Notes under the pieces: generated by a model
Databases searched by the model: none
What the model was told of the DNA's origin: nothing
What the model saw: the letters and a program-made list of their open reading frames with translations, nothing else
Program-made: the position numbers and the translations under genes
Shown here: positions 39,613-53,193 of the stretch, piece after piece
Layout: each line of letters begins with the position of its first letter
Position numbering within the stretch: position 1 is the stretch's first letter
NCBI GenBank assembly: GCA_028534125.1
Contig: CM052818.1
Span: forward strand, 27,468,001-27,532,000
Direction: 5' to 3'
DNA length: 64,000 nt
DNA from: Lama glama
Lineage: Eukaryota

Positions 39613-39939
39613 TTGCGATTCTTTTCATTTAAACAAGAACTTTTCTATTATAAAATCCCTTGATCATTAGGGATAGATTCCAAAGATAAGGAATTTCAAA
39701 TAAAGTGGAAACATCAGGGGTGGACTGTGTTGTTAAAAGCCCATTAAAAATACCTGGCACAGTACTGAATGCATAAATAAATTTAAAATATTTAAAGTTC
39801 TTAAATGGTCAAAACAAAGGAAAATGAAAATTAAGATATAGAAAGTAATTAAAAATAGGTTCATAATAGAATAGGGATTTAATGATTTGTGTTTTTAAAA
39901 ATTATGACACAAAACTAGTTTTAAAATTAGAAGAAGCTT

Positions 39940-39975
39940 GTGCTAGCTTCAGCAGCACATATAATAAAATTAGAA
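39940..39975 (+). pseudogene. RNU6: 3'-truncated (tailless) U6 snRNA retropseudogene
   Basis: gtgctagcttcagcagcacatataataaaattagaa versus U6 5' end GTGCTCGCTTCGGCAGCACATATACTAAAATTGGAA; direct repeats taaaattagaagaag(c/t)tt at 39922-39939 and 39965-39982. Confidence 0.88.
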
Positions 39976-40086
39976 GAAGTTTTCCCACAGCTTTTAAAAA
40001 TCTATAAATAATATACAGAAATAAAGTGAAAAGTATTTAGAAATAACATGTATTTCTAAAAAGAGAATCAAGAGTATTTGTTTTAA

Positions 40087-40648
<562 letters not shown>

Positions 40649-40914
40649 AAAATGCATCTTCCAAACTAAAACTAAGCATTATTTATAAGCTTAGGCAGGA
40701 AAAGCACTAGATTAAGGGAGACTTAGCATGAGAGACATTCTCCCTTATTTTCAGAAGATATAGAGAGAGCCTGGAAGAGAAACCAGATTTCAATCCCCCT
40801 AGACTAAATCAATACACAATTTCTGACAGCATCCAAAATATGGCACTGATTAAGAACTTGGCAAGATATTAAGGAAGGGAATGACTAGAACCCAAATCAC
40901 TGCATCAGCTAGAG

Positions 40915-41150
40915 GGTGAAGAGGAGGGCTTTGATCACACAGAATCTAGTCAAAACCCAAGGCTTCCCACACTTACTAGATGCGGAATGTTGTCAGAGTG
41001 ACTTACTTATCTACACCTCAGTGTTCTCATCTGTAATTTGGGTATAAAGACATACTTACTTCTAGGACTTTTTGCATAAGTTAGTTAATATCTGTAATGT
41101 ACTGCACAATGCTTAGTTCATAATAAACCCTTAAAAATGTTTACTATTAC
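40915..41150 (+). mobile_element. MIR SINE
   Basis: cacttactag...cctcagtgttctcatctgtaatttggg. Confidence 0.75.
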
Positions 41151-41339
41151 TGTATTCATCACACTGATTTTCACAGTACTCTAAGTGATGCCTTCCTATA
41201 TACCTGTAAGCATGTGCATCATTTGTGGAATTATTTAATATTTGGGTTTACTTGTATTTATACTGAGAAGAAGCCTCAGTTTTAGAAGTAACAAAACTTG
41301 AGAATCAGTTTTAGCTGCTTCATGTACAGGAAGTGAAAC

Positions 41340-41470
41340 TTGAAGTGGGCAGTATTAACTTCCTTGGCTTCAGTTTCCTCATCTTACAGATAGAATAAGA
41401 CTTACTTTGCTGGGTTGTAATAAATATTAAGTGATACAATTTGTGTAAAGCTCCAGAAACGAAATGATGT
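41340..41470 (+). mobile_element. MIR fragment
   Basis: cttcagtttcctcatctt...gggttgtaa...tgtaaagctccagaa. Confidence 0.7.
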
Positions 41471-42527
41471 TTCATGAACAGCAACAATATTATGGGAACT
41501 AAAGAGAGAGGAGACGAGTGTTCCATTGATAGTTTACTTGTATATATTAAAATGGAAATTCAAGTGAAAGAAAGGTTATTTCAAATTGATGCCAGTTCAC
41601 CAGCAGACAAAAATTCCCTGGTGACATGACTCTAGGTTGCCATCTCCAATGACTGGGATACCCTGGTGTGCTAATTAGAAAATATTTTAACACTTGAAAA
41701 AAACAAGGCATTTGAGTATTTCAGCAGCATAGAAAAGAAGCCCTCCTTAGTATGATTTGCCATAATGATATATTTATCAGAAGCAGTTCACCTTATCTGC
41801 TGCAGAATGCTCTTTGATGTCATTAACCTACAGAAATAATTATAGGAAGGTGATGCAAGGCTATTCAAAGAGTGAGGCGACAAAGGGTTTTCCTTCACTC
41901 CTGAAGGCTACATCAATTAATGCAGTAAACAACAGTCCTCTGGAATCCAGGAAGTAAGAAATCAGAGAGCACCTGACACAAAGGTCCTCAAAAATTCTTC
42001 TGATCTCTTACATTAATCACATTAATATGGATGCTTGGAAAGAGGACACTGAGTAATTGTTTTATAATGCAACTTTTCTGCAAAACTACAAAATCCACAG
42101 ATCTAAAAATCTAAATGATATTATAAATAATGATCAGTGTGCTCCTTGTTGACTCTGGAGGAGATAGTTTGGGTTGAATAGGAAAAATACTGTACTTGGA
42201 TTCAGGATACTCAAGTTCAAAACCCCAGTCTGGCACTTCCGGCCGAATGAACACAGCGGCTCACCAATCTGCCCAGGTATTTCCTCCCCCTAGAATAAGA
42301 ACGCGATGACCTCAGTGTCTTATTGTGAAGATTATAGGAGAAAAAGTATATTCATCACTGGCTCAAAATAGAAGCTACAATCAGTTCAAATAATTATTAA
42401 ATGAGTCAAAGGTTACTCTTAATATAAAATAATAATAATTATAGTAGCTAACATTTACTGTTTATTTACGACATACCAGCTGCCGTACTAAATATTTTAA
42501 TTAATTATCTCATTTTTTCCTTACTGT

Positions 42528-43088
42528 ATTATCTAGCAATCCCACTCTTGGGCATATATTCAAAGGAATGAAAATCAGGAACTCAGAGAGATACGAGCAC
42601 TTCCATGTTCACTGCAGTACTATTTCACAGTAACTATGATATGGAAACAACCTAAATGCCCATTAATGGATCCATGGATAAATAAAATATGGCATTTACA
42701 TACAACAGAAGAATATCCTGCCTTTAAAAAGAAGGAAGTCCTGCCACAACAACATGGATGAACCTGGAGGACATGATGCTAAGTGAAATAACACCAGTCA
42801 TGAGAGACAAAGGCTGCATGATTCCACTTACATGAGGATCTAATACAGGCAGACTCACAGAAACCAGAGAGTGGAATGGTGGTTGCCAGAAGCAAGGGAA
42901 AGAGAGGAGTGGGGAGTTGCTGTTTAATGCATATAACATTTCATAGATGCAAGACGAACAGGTTCTAGAGATGTGCTGTACCATAGTACCTGTAGTTAAC
43001 AAACAATACTATACCGTGCACTTAAAATTTTGTTACAAGGGCAGATCTCATGCTAAGTGCTCTTAACACAACAAAAAGGAAAAATAAG
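42528..43088 (+). mobile_element. L1MA/MB 3' end inserted into a minus-strand MIR (halves at ~42435-42525 and ~43090-43240)
   Basis: agcaatcccactcttgggcatatat...acaacatggatgaacctggaggacatgatgctaagtgaaataa...gttctagagat plus A tail. Confidence 0.88.
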
Positions 43089-43244
43089 AAAGAACTGTGA
43101 GGAAAGTTCTATTATTCTCTTCTCTTATTTGAAAAACAGGCGTAGAGAGGTTAAGTAACCAGTCTAAGGTGCCACAGAAGTTAAGTGGCTAAACCTGGGT
43201 AAGACACAAGTTTTTCTTACATCAGAGCCTATGTGTCTCCAAAT

Positions 43245-43445
43245 TATTGGTTTTCAAATTATTTCTTAACAGCAGAACCCTTCATGCAAGTGAAATGCGC
43301 GTAGAGAACCCACATACACAGACCAGATAAAAACTAAGAGACCTGGATTTGATCAGGGACTGAGAACTCTACCCCTCACGGTAGCCTTAGAAACACCTCA
43401 GACAAACCTTAGGACTCAACAAAACAGCATGAAAGTCATTGCTAC
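43245..43445. mobile_element. hAT-Charlie MITE, subfamily uncertain
   Basis: Imperfect termini ttggttttcaaa / tgaaagtcattg; internal agcagaaccctt. Confidence 0.45.
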
Positions 43446-43797
43446 AATGATCACATCTTTTTCACATTTATGATTGTGACAGTTTGCAACCTGCTAGAAA
43501 AATCTATGGCAAGTAATAATTTGTCATGTTTCTAAGGTACCAATTTGAACCTTGCATTGCAAAACTGTCGGAAACAAGTCATTTGGCAGGTAAGTGAGCT
43601 TTTTAGAAACATGAGAATATGTTCAGGTTACACATGATTTATGGTACACACATGATCCAGGAGAAAGACAGGTGCCTGGGCAAACATATCCATGTTCATG
43701 AATCAGGAGATACCTGAAGAACTGAGACATACTATGGACGAAATGTTTAGAGTCTATAGTACCTGATTACTGCAAACTGGCAAAGTACGTCTTTGAT

Positions 43798-43893
43798 CTT
43801 TTTTTTTTTAATGGAGGTACTGGGGATTGAACCCAGGACCTCATGCATGTTAAGCACACACTCTACCACCGAGGTACACCCTCTCCCCTGCCC
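43798..43893 (-). mobile_element. Short tRNA-derived SINE (Vic-1-like, tRNA part only)
   Basis: ggaggtactggggattgaacccaggacctcatgcatgttaagcacacactctaccac; flanking repeats aagtacgtctttga / aggtatgtctttga. Confidence 0.9.
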
Positions 43894-43970
43894 CTGAGGT
43901 ATGTCTTTGACTTTATTGCTAATGAGTAAGGAATGTCACATTACTCAGTACAGTGCCCTTCAATCTTTCC

Positions 43971-44112
43971 TAGGGTTGCCAGATCTAACAAATAAAAATA
44001 TAAGATACTAAGTTTAATTTGAATTTCGGATAAATAACAAATGCCCTTTTTAAAAATAAGTATATTCCAGGTATTTCATGGCTCAATACTAAAAAAAAGT
44101 ATTCATTGTCAA
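43971..44112. mobile_element. MER53 partial
   Basis: tagggttgccagatctaacaaataaaaata...aatttgaatttcggataa. Confidence 0.8.
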
Positions 44113-44189
44113 TTTCCTTAAAGTATTTTTTATTGTATATGCTTACTTAGGAAGCCAGATTATTAATAGTTAACAGTAATAAAATCCAT

Positions 44190-44800
44190 ACACATAGACT
44201 TTTTAAATAAATTGGTTCAGGCAGATGGCAATATAAAAGATAAAGTATAAATTACACAGAAGTGAAAAAGAAAATCTAGTAATTAAGAATAAAATTGTGT
44301 GGACAGATTAGCACATTACACACAGCTGAGAAAAGAATTGGTGGGCCTGAAGATGATGTTAAGAAATTGTCCACAGACAAAGAGTTGGGAAATATAAAAG
44401 GGGAGTTCAGTGGAGGATACAGCTCAGTGGTAGAGTACGTGCTTAGCATGCATGAAGTCCTGGGTTCGATCCCCAGCACTTCCGTTAAATAAGTAAATAA
44501 AGAAATAAAAACAAACCTACTTGCCACTCTCTAAAAAAACTAAGCTTAAAAAAAAGACATCAAGGGCAAATAAGAATGATCTATGATTATTTAATCATAG
44601 TTGCAGAAGGAGAGAATATAAATAATAATGAAGCAATATTTGGAGGGATAGTAGCTGATAATTTTTAAGAGCTGATGAAAAATATCAGTAATTAGATGGA
44701 ACAACTCACATGCTCTCAAGAAGGGTAAGTGGAAAGAATTCATACCAGTTTTATACCAGACGTATAGTACCGAAACTACAGAACACCCAAGACATTATCA
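44190..44800 (+). mobile_element. Old L1M ORF1 region fragment containing a SINE
   Basis: agattagcacattacacacagctgagaaaagaattggtgggcctgaaga...gaagcaatatttggagggatagtagctgataatttt. Confidence 0.6.
44410..44556 (+). mobile_element. tRNA-derived SINE (Vic-1-like)
   Basis: ggatacagctcagtggtagagtacgtgcttagcatgcatgaagtcctgggttcgatccccagcac (A and B boxes) plus an A-rich tail. Confidence 0.92.
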
Positions 44801-46419
44801 TATCATCTTGGCATATGTTATAGTAAAGAAATGTAAATTTTGCATTGAGTCACAGGTGAATTCTAGGACTCAGAAAAATAAAGCTTTCAAAGAAGGAGAA
44901 ATATAATTTCATGGCTAGAAAACCAAAAAATGAAAATAATCACCAAACTGGAAGATGATTAAATTTTTGTTTTTAAATCATCACTCCAATCATGAAGAAT
45001 ATAATTGAAAAGGGTAAGATACTTAGAAGGAAAACATATCAGTGAAGATTAAGAACTTGATACTCAGAGTTTAAAACATGTAGTTTTTTTTTTCTTATAA
45101 ATGAGCAGACACTTGGCCCTTTAGAAACCCTGGCTTCTTTATGAAGATTTCTGTTGTTGTTGTTACACCTCAGTATCTCATAGCCCAACAGTAAAATAAT
45201 TTCTAATTATTTACATAATCCACTTGAAAACATTGAAAAGCTCGCTGATTTCTCACCTAGTTTTGAAGGAAGGAATTAGAAACCATGGGTTCTTGAAGAC
45301 TATTACTCACCCCACTGCTATATATATTATTAATCTTTGTGGTTTGTAGCTTTGAAATTCCTTTTGTTTTCTGTTTTTCCCCCGTAACACCAAAGGAATC
45401 CTGGTGGTCCCTTTATAGCATGTAAGTACTTTGTTTCTTACCAGCACACGACCCTGCTATTTATTAAAGCTTAGAAATAATCTGACTTGAGGTGGACTTT
45501 CCTCCAAAGTAAAGGCAGGTATGGAGATGGAATGAATAATAAGGATGGACGTATATCGACATCATCATGCATTTACTCAGCTTCAGTTGAACAAAACGTT
45601 CAATGTTAAACACTGGAAAGGTAGACAAAGATGTACAATTGCTGAACCACTGGAAAATTCACTTCACTGGTTTACATTTTCTGACCCTACCTCTGATGGA
45701 GAACGATTATGTGCAACATTCCCACGGAATTCTCTTCTGCTTTTTGTAAAAGCACTCCCAATGACATTGTTTCATTGCCCCATGTCCCTTTTAGGGATCC
45801 TCACATAAAAAATATCTTCCAGAATTTAATACCAAGAAACATTAAGTGCCTAAATGTCCAACAATTCAGAAATGTGTAAATAAATGATGGCATTTTCACA
45901 TAACAGAGTATCACACAAGCATTAAAATGATACTTTGAAGACTATGTGGAAATATGAAAAATGTTTATGACATTAGTGAATAAAACAACACAAAATGACA
46001 TCTACACTGTGATTGCAAACATATAAAATATATTCAAACAAGAGAAGAATGAACATTCAAAGGTAAATTAGGAGTGGAATGATAAGGTTTTCCCCTCTCT
46101 CGAAACACATGCATAGAGTGGTGCAAAAATATATATACATTGGTGGAAAACTTTATTCTCACAAAGTCTGATGTTTATTCCTCATGATTCTCTTTTTACC
46201 TTGGGAACAGGGAAGTTCAGAGCGGTGTGTCATATTTAGTAACGAGTATTATATTAGCACTTATGGCTGGTATATTTTCCTCCTTTTCCGAAGTTTGTAT
46301 TCTATTTTATCTCTTTAGAAGGACTGAACACAAAGAAAAATAAACACATTTGACATCCTTATCTTCAAATAGCTAGTACTATGTTTAGACATATATTTGA
46401 TGTAGTTAGAAATCCCAAG

Positions 46420-47840
46420 AAATGTATTACGATTGGATTGAGGTTTTGCTCTATTTGGAAAAACAGCACCGAGGAGGGGGCTTCCCTTCAGGGCATCTTC
46501 TCACAAATTACATGATGTTGTAACATAGTACTGGAGATCACTTGGTTAAGGTGTTTTTTTCCTGATTCCTGCACTGTAAATTACTATTTTCCCCTTTGTA
46601 AGTAATAAATATTTAGAGAAAAATACTTCGAGATGCTATAAATATTTCGTTTCGCCTCACACTTTCACCCACTGATTTTTAGCACCCATCAGTGGAGCCT
46701 GACTATGGCCATTTTTACTGTGATTTTTACTGTGGTCCGATGGTGAGTTTTCTCATTCTGTCAACATTTATTATTTGGAATTGTTCTATAAGGACAATTT
46801 ATTCCTTCTCCCTTTATATATTTATTCAGTGATTCATTTATATTAGTATAGGCTCATGAGTATTTATTCATTCTTTGGGTTATAATCCAACCATCTTTTA
46901 TTTCATTGCTCAAATTATTACAAATTTGGCCAACAGGAGCTTCTTTGGTGCTTGTGGCCTTTTAACATGAAACTAGCTCCCCCCCTCAATTACTTCCTTT
47001 TCGATACCTCAAAATGCTCCAGGATCACCCTCTATTTTCCCTGCCTCAGCTCTGGATCACTTTTCTAAGGAACCCTGATTTCCTTTACTGAAGAATGGTA
47101 TTCAGAAGCGCATATCTGAGCGTTGGCCTTCGGTGTGCTCACTGCTCCTGGGGTGTCTCCGCTCCTCAAAGACATGGTCACCTCAGCGCTTCTGCCCCCC
47201 TGGCTGCAGTTATGGGCCAACATAGCTCTTATTTCTGCCCCTCCCCTAATGGTACAGTGTTTTCTTCCCAGTTCCCTTCCTCTGGCTACAATGGATTTTC
47301 ACTAGCGTACAATAAACAACTCTGTTTGTTGCCCTTCCTTCTACAGATTAAAGTTTTCACTCATGGGAAAATTTGGTGAGAGGGGTCCAGGTGGAATCCT
47401 GGGACCACCCTTAGCAGCTCCCCACCTCCCCCCTTTAAGGACACTTTCTTAGGATTCTCTCCAACCTTTCCTGCACGTGCTCAGTAGGGCTTGTGGAGAA
47501 AAAGCTTGAAAAGATTGCAGTTTCACCCAATTTCTGTGGCCCCTGGGGGCTTCACACTCTCACCAGCACACACTTGGCCTTCGCCAATTCTCTAGTCCCC
47601 CAGCGGAACTCTTCTAACCAGTGTCCACTTGTGTCTTCACCAGGTAAGTCAGTGCCCACGTCTAGTCTCTGCCTGCGGTGGCCTCTCTCTCTTTAGATGT
47701 TGGGCCAGGTGGTTACCCTGTGACAGATTCTCTGACAGGTTTAAAAAAAGTCAAGAACTTGTAATTCGTGTTTTTTTTTTTCTTTTCATTGTAGGAATGT
47801 GAGTGATGCTCTTTCTAGTTCTCTACATCCCTGAGTGAGA
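46420..47840 (-). mobile_element. Old L1 (L1MC/ME-type) fragments
   Basis: gatcacttggttaaggtg...cactgtaaattactattttccctttgtaa is antisense L1MC/ME 3'UTR; the remainder resembles old L1 UTR sequence. Confidence 0.6.
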
Positions 47841-48676
47841 TGATGTGCATAAGCCCTTGAAATAGGTAAGCGTTCAGAAGATGTTAGTTTGTTTCTTTTC
47901 CCATTTTCTCCTTGTATTTAATCTGAGTATCTCACAGAACCTCTAGAAGAGCAATGAACATGGAGCAGCAGCAAGACTTAACATATTCAGTTGAAGTATT
48001 CCAGGCCTGTTTCCTTTTTATTCTCACAATATGTTACAAACCAGCTTTTAGTGCTCCAATACATACCAGAATAAATTCACCAATAATCTCTATGAAAAAC
48101 CATAAAGCTCCAAAAACAACCATGCCCTTTTTTCCCCTTAGAAAAATACACCTTAATGATGGACCAGGAAACTTAAAACTCTGACTGGTAGGAGATTCCT
48201 TTTGAGGAGGAACTAGGATAAATTAACAACTTCTTTGATCCTTGGGTCCCTCGTCAAGATTAAGAAAAGAAAGTGTTGGCCTAATTATGTCTAACCTATG
48301 GGTTAGGGCATGGAAGGGCTCAAAGTGAAAATGTCCTCCAGAGGAAGTGTCTTCCTTAATTCATGAACATATCAGCAAAAATGCTAAGGAGATTAATCCC
48401 AGTTCTGAGACACTGCGACACATACAAGTATGCTTTCGGAGGAAAGGAGGAGTCAAAAGCTAGCGTAGAGGGAAAGCACCTCATTAAGAACTGGGTTCCT
48501 GAGGAAGGTGCAACTGAAAGGGATGTGATCCCTGGAGAACGAGAGCAAGGGGGCTTGGCAAGCAAACACACAAAGCCCACTGCACGGTGTTGCAGAAAAC
48601 ACATGCGGAGAATTTGTGAGCTCCCCTCCTGAAAGTTGTTGCTGAGAATCTCCAGTAATTCAAGTCCTAAGGGAAG

Positions 48677-49014
48677 TATCTTAGTCCGTTTGGGTGCTGT
48701 ACCAAAATATCAGAGACTAGATAGATTATAAGCAACAGAAATTTGTTGCTCATGGTCCTAGGGACTGGAAGTCCAAGATCGGGGGTGCCAGCATGGTTGG
48801 GTGGGGACCCCTCTCTGGGTCACACACTCTCCTAGTGTCTTCATGGCAGAAGGGGCCAGGGGTCTCTCTGGAGTCTCTTTTGTAAGGCACTATTCCTAGG
48901 CGTGAGGGTTTCACTTAAGCACCTCCCAAAGGCCCCATCAGCTAATAGCATCACCTCTGGGGGTTAGAATTTCAACATGAATTCTGGGGGTGCACAAACA
49001 TTCAGACCACAGCA
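48677..49014 (-). mobile_element. MaLR solo LTR (MLT1A-like) with 5 bp TSD GGAAG
   Basis: tatcttagtccgtttggg...ctggaagtccaagatc...cacaaacattcagaccacagca; GGAAG at 48672-48676 and 49015-49019. Confidence 0.9.
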
Positions 49015-50082
49015 GGAAGGGAAACATATTTTTTTTAAATTACAGTTGCTGAATGCAGAGCTAAAACTACACTCATGTAGGACAGGACAGGACCAGTTGA
49101 GAATAGGTTTGTCTGTTTTAATTTGGGTCACAGCCTTAGGATTTATTAAGGCCATGCAACTGATTTGGGAGAAGGGCTGAGTCCACAGTGTGAAAGGAGA
49201 TACATGTAGCGTCGACTGCTCATTTATTGAAAGTATAATTGCACATAATCAACACCTCCATTGAAGTTCTCACATCAATTTCTAATTCTTCCTTCACTAA
49301 GGAACTGGAGGAAACCTCTTAGTCCAGAAGGTTCAGAGAAGATGTCTTAGTCTTGGTCTGCTCCACTAGGTTTATCTTCTTACCTTTATTGTTCCAATCC
49401 TCTTCCCATGGTTTTATTCCACAGTGGCTGGGACTAAAAAGGTTTTTGTATTTTCATCATGGCACATGGAAAAGTCTCTCTACTCATTCACTTATTTTCA
49501 GGTCTAAGGTGCAATTAACAACAATGCTGAGTGGAATGCTCCCTTCAATAGAGTCTTTTTTATATTGAAATAAAAAAATTGTATAGAATCTTTAAAACTC
49601 ATGCTTCTAACTACTGGAGAACACAGGAATGGCAGCTTCTCCTACGTGCCTAACCCTGCAGCTTCCTCACTCTGATCTCAGCATTCTGCATTCTAGTCAG
49701 CTGTTCCAGAGTTAGTGATCAGCAGTACGGCCACTGTATCATTTGTTTTAGTCAGAGGAATAACTCTTTGATTAAAGTGTGAACTGAAAATAGATTTCTC
49801 ACGGGAAGGAACCAGTAGACAGCTATCAAACACTACTAAACATCCTCCTGACTACAGTGGGATTCAAAAGTTTACCATCTCATAACCACATAAAGATAGG
49901 GCTTGAAAAAAAATTATATTGCTACTCTTCCAACGAGGCAAAAGCTGCTGTGGAAAACTTCACCAATCTTCAGGCACCCCAACAATTAGGTAGGACTTAG
50001 TAACTCCATAGTTCAGGTAGAAATAGTTTCTTTGCCATAGTGGGGTGCTTAGGAAAAATACATTTTGGTTAAATTCTCTGCA

Positions 50083-50405
50083 ACAGTGTTTCCCAAACTG
50101 CAGGTTAAAACCCAATCATTAGTGAGTTCTGAAATCATTTTAGTGGTTTGTAAGCAGCATATTATTTTCGGTGGGGACGGGGAGGGGTGGTGGTGGTGGT
50201 AATTACGTTTGCTTTATTTTTAGAGGAGGCCCTAGGGGGTTGAACCCAGAACCTCGTGCATGCTAAACACCACTTGAGCTATACCCTCTCCTGGCATATT
50301 CTTTTTAAATAGAGTGAAATGGAAAAGAAGAGGAGAGGAGATGAATGGAGAAAATGCACATATAAGGGTAACCATCATTTCATGAACATTTTGTTTCAGT
50401 TATAA
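50083..50405. mobile_element. hAT-Charlie DNA transposon fragment split by a SINE
   Basis: Terminus cagtgtttcccaaactg; sequence continues on both sides of the SINE. Confidence 0.5.
50169..50292 (-). mobile_element. tRNA-derived SINE (Vic-1-like)
   Basis: ggtaattacgttt...gggttgaacccagaacctcgtgcatgctaa...gagctataccctc; flanks gcatattatttt / gcatattctttt. Confidence 0.85.
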
Positions 50406-50999
50406 GAAATAGGCAAGCACTTCACTCTTTTATTCAGTAAGCATATTTTAAGCAGCTTCTCTAGACATTTTAATGTACATACAGATATAGCTAAGGCCTG
50501 AGTTCTGTGTTCATTCATATTTTACAAGAGAATCTTTCCTGCCTTCCTCCTGCCTGGAAATCCCTCCGAATACTGTGGTCCCAGAGTTCAGCGAGGCCAG
50601 GTTGCATCACAGGGCCAGATCCAAACTCACAGTCAATATTTCCAAAGCCATCCAAGGCAGCTGAGTATCCTGAGCCATTGTCCCAGCTCAGGGCTGGCAC
50701 GTATTGAGGAGGAAAAGGAAGGGCAAACACATCACAGAGATTAGTTTTTTAAAAAAAAGCCAGCTACTTACACTTCATACAGCGAAAATAATTCACCACC
50801 TCTGTTGAACAACATCTTGGGTCCTTTATTAAAAGAGGACAAAACTCTCAAGGAAGCAAGATGAAAAAGTGAATACAAATGACTTGGAGTTGGGCAGAGA
50901 GTGTAAACAGACACATACACAGCCAAGCACTGTCGGTGACACAGACCTACTGAGGTCCCTGGAGGGCCCGGCTCCCAGTCAGGGATAATTAACACCTGT

Positions 51000-51690
51000 T
51001 GGCTCCCATCAGCTCCACCTCATGCGGGCCACTGTACAGATCCATCCTAGACCAAATTCCATCTTTCATCCGCCCAACAAAACCAGAGCAGAGAGCAATC
51101 TTGGTCCAAGGACCTCTGAAATCAGGTCATGTCATCTCCCTGTTGAAAATCCTCAGTGTCTCTCTAATTCTCAGAGAGTTAAAAAAAAAAATTCCAAATT
51201 CCTTGACATGATCTCCAAGCTCAACTAATAATGTGCTTGACTTAGCTTTTCAGCCTTGTCCCCTTCCACATCAGTCCAACGTCTATGATCAACTCCAACA
51301 AACTTCTGTGCAGGTTCTCTTAATAGCAGGCTTTGCATATGTGATTCATTCTACTTGCACCACATTTCCTTCCCACTTCATCTGCTGATGCCTATTCATC
51401 CTTCAGTTCTCACTCAAGGATCACTTCCTCTGTGAAGCCTTCATTGCCCTGTTCCGTCCCCAGCCTGTGATGCTTGCCCCTCCTCTGAGTCCCCATGGAA
51501 CCCTGTCCTTCCCAATCATAACACTTTCCAGACTAAATCCTAGTCATCTGCCCACAGCCCCACAGCCCAAAGGGTACACACACTATGGCGACAACTAGGT
51601 CTTTCTAGTTCCTGGTGCTTCTTTCTGGACCCTTGTTTCCCGTTCTTCCCCAGCAGCTGACTCAGTGAGGGGCAATAACAAATGCTTGAT
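51000..51690 (+). mobile_element. L2 3' portion
   Basis: aaatcaggtcatgtcatctccctgttgaaaatcct...cctattcatccttcagttctca...tcacttcctctgtgaagcctt. Confidence 0.7.
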
Positions 51691-52329
51691 GATCTTTGCT
51701 ATCACTGTAGCTCTTTTTTCAGTGTGTCTTGAATTCCCTTTCCCCTCTGGGGCTTGTTTCCCACTTACTACACTTCAGCTTCTTTTGCATGAATGCTGTC
51801 ATCTGTGAGATCAGGGCTGTGATTAGGGTTATATAAAATAATGGATAGAAAACCCCCAGTGCAATTCCTGGCACTTAGGCATCTAACTTATGGTAATTAT
51901 TTTACCCTTGCCTCTGTTCTCTCATGCCTGGGTAGTGATACCTGTCTCACCTAACTGCAACCATTCCCCTGCCCATCCCCGTCACCTGTCTATGGAGGAC
52001 ACCTGGGCACTGAGCGCTAAAGGCTTCCCTGGATGCAATTCCCCCTTTATCATCCCTACAGACAGGGGCACAATTATGGGAGCCAGGTTTAGCTAGGATC
52101 TTTGGAAACTACTCCCTAAAATACTCTATGGGTCTCTGGATTTTCAACACCATTGGCCTTCTTACTGAGTCCCTCCCTGGAGCTGCTGATAACATTTAGA
52201 GGAGAAGCTGCCATAGGTAGAAAATCTCCCTGCTGGCCAACCCCTTGGGGCTAACTGTCCTGGACAGATGCCTTCCATGACCAGCTACTGTGATGCCCAA
52301 GAACTTCTGCAGAGGATTCTGTTGCAGTA

Positions 52330-52470
52330 AATGCACTAAAGAGATCCAGAAGATCTGGGTTTTGGTCCTCAGTCTGTCACACAGTAGCTGATGACTTTGG
52401 ACAAATCCCTGGATATCCTCTACCTCAGTGTCTCCATGAATAAAGTGAGAAAGATTGAATAGATCATGTT
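52330..52470 (+). mobile_element. MIR (MIRc/MIR3-like)
   Basis: agatctgggttttggtcctcag...gactttggacaaatc...cctcagtgtctccat. Confidence 0.7.
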
Positions 52471-52523
52471 CATGTACCACTGCACTAAAATATTCTTTGA
52501 GTCTATGATTCTGGGCTCGGGTA

Positions 52524-52738
52524 TAAGTTTACCCTTGAACAACCTGGAGGTTAAGGGCAGCAACCCTCCGCACTGTCAAAATCCTGTGTGCAATTTACAG
52601 TCAGTCCTTCATATACACAGTTCCACATCATTTGACCAACCATAGAGCATGAAGTACTGTAGAACTTACTATTGAAAAAAACATCCTCATATAAGTGGAT
52701 CCGAGCAGTTCAAACCTGTGTTGTGCCAGGGTCAACTG
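52524..52738. mobile_element. Tigger2-family (TcMar) MITE
   Basis: TIRs agtttacccttgaacaac / gttgtgccagggtcaactg with TA flanks. Confidence 0.8.
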
Positions 52739-52741
52739 TAT

Positions 52742-53193
52742 TTTGGTCTGGATCCAAAAAGGTAACAGATGGCATGCTCAGAATGGGGATGTAAGGAGAA
52801 CTTAATAAAAGACCTATTTACAAAGGTGTGGGCAGGATGTAGAGAAACCACAGAGGACAATGTAGAACAACCCCCGGGCTGGTAACAACAGAAAACCACA
52901 ACCATTCTCGAAGTTTCCAGAACCCAGAGAGAAAGGCATGTGGGGAGGACCCCTGACAGGAGCAATGGAGGGAGCCAGCCCGAGGGGATAACACGGGGCG
53001 GGACCCAAGGGAATACTCTCTCTGCCCCACCCCGTCTCCCACAGATGCCCTTCTGATGACAACCAGCTGGAGTCCAGAGAACAGGAGAGCTCACTGATGC
53101 AATCCTTGCAGGTCAGCCTCGCCAAGCACAAAGCAGAGTGGGGAAGGAGAGAGGGGGAATCCAGAGGGGCAAACAGAAAATGTCCAGCCCGCA
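52742..53193 (-). mobile_element. ERVL LTR (LTR33-like)
   Basis: Reverse complement starts tgcgggctggacattttctgtttgcccctctggattc...ctctgctttgtgc...aggctgacctg. Confidence 0.75.

Noticed and set aside
44415..44485. tRNA-like sequence
   Set aside because: Followed by SINE body and A-tail and repeated several times in the window; it is a SINE head, not a tRNA gene.
47638..47650. Strong donor CAG/GTAAGT
   Set aside because: Lies within old L1-like sequence with no convincing upstream acceptor.
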